From: Octopus vulgaris
Taxonomy: Eukaryota
Direction of reading: 5' to 3'
Length of the DNA stretch: 64,000 nucleotides
Assembly: GCA_951406725.2 (NCBI GenBank)
Contig: OX597817.1
Location: forward strand, 135,780,001-135,844,000
The translations under genes and the position numbers were made by a program. The notes beneath the pieces were generated by a model that saw nothing but the letters and a program-made list of their open reading frames with translations, ran no database searches and had not been told where the DNA came from. Each line of letters opens with the position of its first letter. The stretch's first letter is position 1. Below are positions 54,535-64,000 of this stretch, piece by piece.

Positions 54535-55955
54535 ATCTCTTATTATAAAAGGCAGATTTTATCTGCCTCCCTTTGTCAGTTATAGAAATCTACAATATAG
54601 GATTTCTTCAATTACAATTTACTTAGCATTTTTAAGAGTAGAATGCATCGGGTTTTGCCAGGTCCACTTTTTAAAATTTAAACTCCAATTAAGCAAAATT
54701 TACAGAAAACTCACATTCTGGTGTGTATGTCAAATGCTTTTCTTAATGTGTTTTACACCACACGCACACGCACACACACAGTGTGCAAGGAATAAAATGA
54801 AAGTAATTCACCTTTTGTAGTGAGTGACTCTTTCAGTCTGCCACTTCCTCTTTACACACATAGACACGCAAATATATAAATAAAATTGTAAGCTAACGTG
54901 CGTGTGTGTGAGTGTGTGTGTGCGTGTGTGTGTGTGTGAGGGTGCGTGTGTGTGTGTGTGTGTGTGCGTGCGTGTGCGTGAGTGTGTGACAGGAAAGTAT
55001 TTTAGGACGAATATAAGACCTATATCGGCGATGTTTCGCTTGTCGTAGCACAGGTTTCCGTCGATTTCCGTAAAAAACTTATTTTTTTACATAAGTAATG
55101 AGAGCGAAAGAGACCAAGAGAAAGAGATTGTATGACGAGGGAAGTTCTTTTGAAGTTACCGTGCATGGGACGCATTGATGTACATGTGTGTGTGTGTTTG
55201 ATGGAGTGTGGGAGACAGACAGTATGTTGTGTAAGTGAAGTGCTTCTGTTAGTGTGTGTGAAGAGACAGAGAGAGTAATGTGTGAAAGAGAGAGATAACT
55301 GAAATTTTTTACTCGGTTTATGTGTATATGTATGTATGCATGTATGTGTGTGTGTGTGTGTGTGTATGTATGTGTGTGTGTATGTATGTATGTATGTATG
55401 GCCGATTCAGTGTTTACATTTTTTACGGAAATCGACGGAAACGTGTGCTACAAGCGAAACATCGCCCCTATATCCAAGTAGCAGAAAGATCGCCCAAAAG
55501 TGTATATAGATATTTAAATGTATTTATATATTCATCTATACACAGATGTATGTATAATGTGTGTGTATATATTTCCATACACGTAACCATTCACTCCGCA
55601 CAAAGTTTTTTAGGACGAAAATAAGATCTAAAGTTATCTCTAAGTAGCACAGAGATCGCCCAAAAGTGTATATAGATATATAAATGTACTTATATATTCA
55701 TCTATGCACACATGTATGTATAACGTGTGTGTATATATTTCCATAGAGGTAACCATTCACTCCATACAAAGTTTTTTAGCACGAAAATAAGATCTAAAGT
55801 TATCTCTAAGAAACAGAAAGATCGCCCAAAAGTGTATATAGATATTTAAATGTATTTATATATTCATCTATACACACATGTATGTATAATGTGCGTGTAT
55901 ATATTTCCATAGAAGTAACCATTCAATCCATACAAAGTTTTTTAGGACGAAAATA
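54535..55955 (+). mobile_element. Probable non-autonomous Helitron with internal 55-bp inverted repeats and 3 x ~166-bp tandem repeat
   Basis: 5' tctcttattataaaagg; inverted pair 55021-55077 / 55420-55472; tandem units start ~55487, 55653, 55819. Confidence 0.55.
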
Positions 55956-56799
55956 TTTATATATAAAAGAAAGGTTGTGTGTCTGTCTACTCCGATTTAG
56001 ATTCCTAACTACTCCCACATTTTGCGATGCAGTTTAACCAAAACCGGGTATCTTATAGTCGTGATTCATATCGAGCCCTTCTGGGTATTAGCGCGCGTCT
56101 ACGATGAGTCTATGATTTTACAAATAATTTACCATCATTTTTTTCCATTTTAATGCATATTTTAAAAAATAAACGGAAGTAACTCTCAAACTTCACACCA
56201 ATATGCGTGCTCATATGCGACGTAATATCACATCAGCAGCATTTCCTCACACCCTCCTTGCACTTGGCGATGGCAAAATACCAGGGGATGAAAATGGTAA
56301 TATTGCCATCGATTCCATTTGTACCATTGTTAAGACGCCTTCTGATCTCAGAGATGCAGTGTTCCCAGATCTACAAGCTAATTATCAGAATATGGATTGG
56401 ATTGGCAAAAAGGCTATACTGGCCCCGAGGAATAAAACTGTTCACCATATTAATGATGAAATGCTAAAACTCATTCCTGGGGAAGTCTATGTATATCAGT
56501 CTATCGATACAACTCCTGACCCAGAGGACGTCATCAACTATCCAATAGAGGTACTCAATTCCTTTGAGCACCCCGGACTACCACCACACTTTCTCAAACT
56601 TAAAGTTGGTGCCCCTATAATGCTCATCAGAAATTTGGTTCCCCCAAAACAATGCAATGGCACACATTTGATCGTTAATTCCTTATCTCCCACCGTAAGC
56701 TTATATCAATGTTTGCCTGAATAATCATCATAATTCAGTGCAATCATTAACAGTACTTTCAAGCAATTCAGCCCCGAGCAACGCCGGGCAATTCTGCTA

Positions 56800-56800
<1 letters not shown>
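55956..56800 (+). mobile_element. Internally deleted Helitron with Pif1-helicase fragment (56203-56690)
   Basis: LLALGDG, AILAPRN, YPIEVLNS..PGLPPHFLKLKVGAPIMLIRNL..CNGT; 3' GC-rich hairpin-like cccgagcaacgccgggc then CTAG at 56797-56800. Confidence 0.92.
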
Positions 56801-56867
<67 letters not shown>

Positions 56868-56872
<5 letters not shown>

Positions 56873-58447
56873 TTGAAGTAGATAAATGAATTATCTTATT
56901 ACGGATAATTCAAATGATAACCGATACTTGGGTAGCAAAAATCACAACAGAAAAGGCACGGTTGAACTTACGACCATGGGGCATAAAATCCGTGCCTTAG
57001 TGCGGAAATTTGAAGTTTTATATATTAAGTATAGTAAAGAATGGAGCTGAACGAAGATTTAACCAAATTCCTTTATTTTATTTTCGACATATGTTTCGAA
57101 GTCTGCAAAGTCCCTAATTCCGATTGAATAAGGAGTCCATTTTGCAGCTTTCTCTTCAGGAAAATCCAGGAACTTAATTCTCCAACAAAATGCACAACAA
57201 GCTTTTCGACAAACGCTCCCGAGGAGCCCATGAAATTAATGACACAAAATGTCTATTTATATGCGTTGACGCCAGGCTGGGTGAAAGCAGAAGAGATTGT
57301 CCGTTGAGATAGTTCAAGGTCAGAATCCGGTTGGCAGAAGTGGGGTACAGGAAAATCAAAGAGTGTGAATATATTCTGTATGATTGGTGTTTATATTTGA
57401 ATTATTTTAAGAATGAGTGCTAGAGTGTTTGAGTGTGAGAAATTGCTTTAATGTATGGGTGTGTGCGTCTTTGTATGTGTGACAGTGTGTTTCGAAGGCA
57501 GAAAGAGAGAGAGACAGCAAGGATTAACGGTCAAGAAACTGAAAAAGATGTGTCTGTGTGTTCGTATGTGACCACTTAATAGAGAGAGGGGGTGTCCACC
57601 CTGGCAATGACAGGATACAGTGTTGCTGTAAGGGAAGGCAGCAGTTCTTGACAACTAGTAGTTTTTATACTAACAGGGATGAGATATCACCTTTCAAATT
57701 TTATTCAAATTTTATTAGGAAATCCAGGGGTTATCTAAATTAGACTTCATTGGTATGAGAGAAAGGTATGCCGTTTCCAGTGGGGGCATCTGAAAGAATT
57801 TTGCACAATCGAGTTAACAAGCTGCCCTCGGGCGAACAAAATATGAAAAAGTTCTGAGTTATAAAGGGCACAGATTTTTTTGCCCTTATCAAACGGTAAA
57901 GATACCGATAAAATTGACCATTCCAGTCGAAAAGTTGAATTCGCGTTCTTCAAACGCCAGACTAATTTGCTTAGCCACGTAGCGTGTTGCTTATCCTTAT
58001 TCCGGAACGTGGAAAAATGATTCGATATTCTAGTGGCCAATTTCGATGAAGTAGCTCCGATATAAAGGAAGACATCGGATTCAGTATAAACTCTGCACTG
58101 ATAAATGGCGTTTCTAATTTTGGAGTTACTAGATAAGAACCTTAATCTATTGGGATTGGTTTCCGATACTAATACAGCGTTCTTATTACTATGATGGTTG
58201 TAAAAACTACCGCTGGATTCGATATTATTCACCCCATTATCATTACTATTTAAGGCAATATCACCTGCATATTCCCTGTTATTGGGAATGCTGTGATTGA
58301 TAATGCCCGTAAAACTACTGTTGTTAAAACCGCTGCTAATATTATTGTTGGGACTCCCTACGTTAACGACGAGATCAGTGCTCTTATCCTTATTACTATT
58401 ACTAACTCCAATGTTGGTATGAAGGCTGCTAATATCTGTGCTACTTC

Positions 58448-58510
<63 letters not shown>

Positions 58511-59872
58511 GCGTTATGTTGGAGTTTGACGGGGCAGAGTCTCTGCTCATGGGTGAGAGGGCCTTATTTAGCAGCTTATTGTTATGGGAGGCAATTATCT
58601 GTGAAAGATTTTTAGTATTGGAGAAAGCTATCCTTACTTTGTGCGAATTAACAGTGGAGTAATATCTCGAATTTCTGGGAAAATTTCTGGCAATTGCTTG
58701 GCGAAACTATAACGGTAGGTTAGATCTTATTTGTTTACCAAAGGGAATTACAAACCAGATATAGTTTTTCCTGTTCTTGTACTGGCTCGGAGAGTCAACT
58801 CTAACATTAAGGGGGGTATCTCTGGGTTGAATAATGGGTTTTGGCCTACGATGGCCTCCCATGGACCGCAAATTATTTATGTTATCTATATTTATGTTAG
58901 TTGTACTTGTATCGACATTCCTAAGGCTACCATCACTACTTATATTATTTATATTATTGTAAGTTGACTTATCCTGCTGATAGAATACTGGTTTCGGAAG
59001 GGCCGGGTCTATATATGTTACCTTATCCCTATAACCGGCTTTTGACAGGGCGGCATTATAGAATTCCGCTTTATGCTTAAAAATGTCGACGTTGGCAGAT
59101 AAATTTGATAATCTTTGAGAAATATTTTTAACTGTCTGTTATAGTTTTTGTTATAGTTAATTGTCTGTTATAGTTTTTGCGTGGTTAGAGAAAACACTGA
59201 CATACTTTAGGTTTGTGGAAGGTTTATGGTAGGGGCAGTAAGAATTGCTATGCAGGTTTAGTGTGACATCTAAGAAATTTGCCTTGGTAAGTTCGTTATC
59301 AAAAACTATGCTCATGCCCATCCTACTAAAGAACCTAGCTAATCTATTTTTAGTTTTCTGTATCATTCTATTCAGGGTGTTCTGTAGGTAAAACAGACAA
59401 TCGTCACGATATAGGCCGCCTCCGATGTCCGGGAATTGGTCGGATAATTCATAGAGAATATAGATTCCGACCAAATCGGCTGTCTGGGCGCTATCTGAAC
59501 TTCCCATAGGTACATCGAACTCGTTGGGAGTATCCTTACGAACCCATAACTTATCTTTAAACTGTATAAAGGATTTTCTGGCGACTAGAATTATATCAAT
59601 TTCTTCTCTTGTGAGGCCTGCCTTATTATGTGCATGCCACAGGGCCTTATTGAGTTCACTAGGGTTAATCGAGGGGTAGGAATTAGCAATATCGAACTGA
59701 ATGAACTTAGTTGTTTTTATTAGGGATAGAAGAGAACCACTTTACGACTTGCGAGGAGTTCGCCCAAAGGTTAAGCTTAAGCTTATTAACTAAACTAGGA
59801 ATGTATTTGTCTAAAATGTACTTACTGATGGAACCGATGTCGGAACTAGAAGGGCATATGAGCCTTAATGCT

Positions 59873-59875
<3 letters not shown>
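56868..59875 (-). mobile_element. 5'-truncated Penelope-like element (RT, Asn-rich linker, GIY-YIG, pLTR) bounded by (TA)n
   Basis: FIQFDIANSYPSI, FDVPMGSSDSAQTADLVGIYIL, GLYRDDCL, NFLDVTLNL, AIYQCRV..YIGAT..RISNH, CPH. Confidence 0.93.
57080..57165 (-). ncRNA. Type-I hammerhead in the PLE pLTR, canonical core
   Basis: attttc-CTGAAGA-gaaagctgcaaa..tttgcagacttc-GAAAC-atat-GTC-gaaaat; perfect 6-bp stem I. Confidence 0.85.
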
Positions 59876-59930
<55 letters not shown>

Positions 59931-59988
59931 ATATATAATAACAAAGGGTGAAATTAATTAATTAAGAAGTAATCAGTAATTTCACCAA

Positions 59989-60155
59989 GTATATTAAATT
60001 TGAAGGCACTGGAAAATATCTTTACACCTAACGGTATCAGAGAGATCATATTCCGTGCTAGTGCCGCCAAATTCAAACGGCACTAGCACGGAATATGATA
60101 TCTCTGATACCGTTAGGTGTAAAGATATTTTCCAGTGCCTTCAAATTTAATATAC
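59989..60155. repeat. Near-perfect palindrome: 78-bp arms, 1 mismatch, 11-nt loop
   Basis: Base-by-base comparison of 59989-60066 with 60078-60155. Confidence 0.97.
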
Positions 60156-60176
60156 AATTATTTATAAGTGTGGAAT

Positions 60177-60269
60177 CCTACGCTGAAGAGACGAAAATAG
60201 TCGGGTAAGGTATAATTATTTATTATCTATGCTTTATACTGACTTAATTCCGAAACGTACGTCCGTAGG
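60177..60269 (+). ncRNA. Type-I hammerhead, canonical core
   Basis: cctacg-CTGAAGA-G..agtcgg..ctgact..c-GAAAC-gtac-GTC-cgtagg; perfect 6-bp stem I; base of stem II imperfect. Confidence 0.8.
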
Positions 60270-60469
60270 TAACCTAATATAGAATGATTTTCGTCATTTT
60301 TTCCCTTTTGCCCGCGTGGTTTGTTTTCAAGTGCTTTAGTTTTTCTGGGAACTCCCTTTAAAGTAGAAGGAATAGCAACGATTTTTTGACTGCTATTTCT
60401 AAACTTCGGTATGTGGTGAAGCAAATCGTTGCTGAACCCTAATTATATAGTATGTATGTATATACATAC

Positions 60470-60543
<74 letters not shown>

Positions 60544-60547
<4 letters not shown>

Positions 60548-60897
60548 CTACACATTAAGTATAGGATATCATCAACGAGTGAAAAATACATGAACACACA
60601 GAGATAAGTACAAGACAAAGTCTAATTACTCTTCGGTTGTCGACTGTTTATTACTAGCTGTTTCAAGCTTTCAACGACAAGACAGGAAAATTTACTCTGG
60701 TGTCGTTTGTTCGTTCGAAGCCCTAACTCTCCGTAAATTTTCCTATCTTGTCGATGAAAGATTGAAACTTGTAGTAAATAAACAGTCGACAACTGAGAAT
60801 GAGTTAGACTTCCTGTGGTATTTTGTCCTGTACTTATCTTTGTGTGTTTATGTATTTTTCACTCGTTGGTGATATCCTATACTTAATGTGTAGTTTT
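60544..60897. repeat. Palindrome with ~155-bp arms next to (TA)n
   Basis: aaaactacacattaagtataggatatc.. / ..gatatcctatacttaatgtgtagtttt; loop ~60696-60732. Confidence 0.95.
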
Positions 60898-61499
60898 AAT
60901 TATTTATAATTGAACGCTACGCAGCCTTTGTCAGCAGTAAGTTTTTACACACACACTCAAACGCGCACACAAACACATTCTTTTATTCTTATATATATAT
61001 ATAAATCTTTAGGTAAATATATTCAATAAGAATATTATATACTGAATTTATATTGAGTGCTCCATTGTATAAAAATATTAATACTATTAGAGTATTTATA
61101 TATTTAATACGAGCGATATATAGATATATTTTTAATAATATATTATTATTATTAATATAAGGAAATCAATATTGAACTCATAAAGATATACCCGTGTGAA
61201 AGACCTTATTGTATTAAAAATATATATAAGTAAATAAATATAAAAATATAAATATAATGTATAATGTCTTGTCTCATAGGAAGCTAGTATTTTAAGGACA
61301 TATTTGAAACAGCAATATAAGTGATATCTTCCACACTTGTATCACACAATCAACAATTTCTATCTCAGTTTGGAATTAAAAGTTTATTAGTTGTTATTTA
61401 TTCTTTCTGGACTGCAAATATGTATTTTTCACGGTAAGATATGATGTCCTTATCACGGGTTCATAAGAAGCTACTATTCCTGTCAATATTTCTGCTATT

Positions 61500-61868
61500 C
61501 CCGGGCGGAATGCCTAGCGGTATTTCGTCTGCCGTTACGTTGTGAGTTCAAATTCCGCCAAGGTCGACTTTGCCTTTCATCCTTTCGGGGTCGATAAATT
61601 AAGTACCAGTTACGCACTGGGGTCGATGTAATCGACTTAATCCGTTTGTTTGTCTTTGTTCGTCCTCTCTGTGTTTAGCGCCCCTTGTGGATAGTAAAGA
61701 AATAGGTATTTCGTCTGTCTTTACATTCTGAGTTCAAATTACGCCGAGGTCGACTTTGCCTTTCATCTTTTCGGGGTCGATGAATTAAGTACCAGTTACG
61801 TACTGGGGTCGATCTAATCGACTGGCCTCCTCCCCCAAAATTTCAGGTCTTGTGTCTAGAGTAGAAAA
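61500..61868 (+). mobile_element. SINE family B with duplicated body and ~16-bp TSD
   Basis: Two units; flanks aatattt(c/t)tgctattc. Confidence 0.88.
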
Positions 61869-62379
61869 AAATATTTTTGCTATTCTCTAGCTTACGGCGT
61901 CTCTACATGCGTATAACTTTCTGTTGCCAGGAGGAGTATTTCTCCTCCATGTCTCTATTTAAGACACTCCACTTACCCTTGATTGTATTTGTTGAGGAGT
62001 TCTTCCCCTAATTTTATGATGTTATTACTTTCGCTGTTCAGTGCATTTGTAGTATAAACTCATTTCTCTCTTTATTGCTCGTAGGCGTTGTATAAGTGAC
62101 ACAATGCGGGACTTGATGCACTTCAAAGCTCTCTCTACCGTTCCAGTCTTGCGATAGCTGATCCCAGCTTGATGTCCAACCACGGTATTGGAAGTAGTAA
62201 TTCCACAAGTTGGCTTTCAATATATTTCCACCGCTTCTTTACTGTCACAGCTTCCTCGAAATAGAGATGTTTTTGATTTATCCAAATAAGATAGCCATTT
62301 TGTTTATTACCACGATTATATTAATGGCAATCCTATGTCTTTGGGTATATATATACATACTTACATGCATACATACACA

Positions 62380-62411
<32 letters not shown>

Positions 62412-62535
62412 TACACACACACACATATATATATATATATATGTATATGTATATATATATATGTTCACACACACACACACACATGTACATATATATATTC
62501 ATAGATACATACATATATATATATATATATATATG

Positions 62536-62626
<91 letters not shown>

Positions 62627-62640
62627 ATATATATATATAT

Positions 62641-62833
62641 AGGGAGAGTTTACGAAAAAACAAAAGACGAAGACAGGTGGTGTACAAAACAAACAGATGT
62701 ATTAGTATAACGCTCAGGAATAGAAAAAGTATTTTACGTTTCGAGCCTACGCTCTTCTACAGAAAGGGACACAGAAAAAACAAGGAGAGAAACAAGGAGA
62801 GAAAAAATGTGTGTTGTGGCTAACGATCTATCA

Positions 62834-62836
<3 letters not shown>
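62641..62836 (-). mobile_element. Solo PLE pLTR between (TA)n tracts; CUGUAGA hammerhead-like motif at 62732-62766
   Basis: Homologous to 3400-3607 and 26188-26380; cttt-CTGTAGA-A-gagc(gtag)gctc-GAAAC-GT-A-aaat. Confidence 0.8.
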
Positions 62837-62912
<76 letters not shown>

Positions 62913-62913
<1 letters not shown>

Positions 62914-63933
62914 TTTATTTGTGTATTAAGGCTACCATTAGTTTCCTGTTAAGAAAATATTTTAACAATCTTTCAAGCCTATCCCATGAATAAATCGGTG
63001 TTCATCTCCATTTCGGATTGAAAAAAAAATACAAGGATTCACGATAAAGCCTCGCGAGAATTTTTTGTAAACAAAAACAAGAAATGAAGGGGTACGACTC
63101 TTAGGTAACAATTTGTGGGTGATTATCTCCCTTGAGCTTAACTTTTGGAAAATATTGTGTTGAATGATGATCTTGTTTATAATATTTGATATCCTGGGCG
63201 TGTGTAATGTTCGTGTATTGGGGGGTATCGGCGGAGTGGGTGGTGGTTCCTTTTTGAAATGTCGGAGTGTAAAATATTGCTTATGCATGCAGGGAGAGAA
63301 GGTTTCATTCCTAATGTTTAAGATGTTAACTTTTGAGTGGGAGATGTTTAGCTTTTCAGTAATGCAAAGCTCACATTTGGAACCCCGTTCTCTTCATTTT
63401 CTGGCTTTAGCAATAATGCTCCGTGTTATCTGAGGGTTTGCTTACTCTCCCTTCTCTCAATGCCCATATCATATTGGATTGAGATGTTATTTTTGTCCCT
63501 GAATGACGCCAGATGCTGTATGTATCTTTCCTTGAACGAGTTGCCAGTCATTCCGATGTATGTTTTTGTCCCTCCGTTGAAGTCCATGATTTTGGCCTTG
63601 TATACAATTTGTTTTTCCAGATAAATATTATCTAAAGGACAGCGCTTCGTAGATCTACAGTTACAGTGTCTTTCAGGAGTATTCTTGGTGGAGTTATTTT
63701 TATTGTAATTGAGTATTATCGACCCTATATTGGGGAGGCAGCTATAACTAAGTTTAACAGTGTTTCTATCGAATATCATATGGTATTTGTGTGAGTGTGG
63801 AAAGTGATTGTCAATTAGTTTTAAGAATTTTCTAGCTATGTTAGTGGCTACATTCATGCTATGATCGACTTGAAAAATTGTTAAGATATTTTCTTAACAT
63901 GAAATCAAGGGTAGCCTTAATACACAAATAAAG
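62913..63933 (-). mobile_element. Penelope-like GIY-YIG fragment with inverted pLTR copy at its 5' end
   Basis: NVATNIARKFLKLIDNHF, VKLSYSCLPN, CNCR..CPL, IVYKA..YIGMTGNSFKERY..H; 62913-62990 is inverted at 63851-63933. Confidence 0.92.
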
Positions 63934-64000
63934 AATCTTTATCAATCAATGCGGTGCTGAGCACTCATTCTCATTGTTCGTCATTTACGTATATATACAC

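Noticed and set aside
56203-56724. Host PIF1 gene
   Set aside because: Partial domain lying inside Helitron termini (hairpin plus CTAG).
61890-62270. LINE APE-endonuclease remnant
   Set aside because: Only one vague motif (YTTPTSNKERNEF); not supportable without a search.

Overview
A gene-poor, repeat-saturated animal genomic window, most likely octopus (inferred from the microsatellite load and the tRNA-derived SINE families). No host protein-coding gene can be supported; nearly all listed ORFs are microsatellite artefacts. The content is nested mobile DNA: at least 8 Penelope-like element (PLE) fragments, 2 young CR1/L2-group LINEs, 3-4 RTE fragments, 5 Dong/R4 fragments, piggyBac, Tc1/mariner, a hAT MITE, Helitrons and about 20 SINEs. 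The most interesting signal is about 10 minimal type-I hammerhead-ribozyme (HHR) motifs in PLE terminal repeats, most running into (TA)n. Two repeated families have non-canonical cores: GUGAACA (a C3-G8 to G3-C8 swap) and CUGUNGA (A6U). Also present: six fold-back palindromes, a ~200-bp duplication around a SINE, and visible LINE/SINE tail sharing. All alignments and folds were done by eye.
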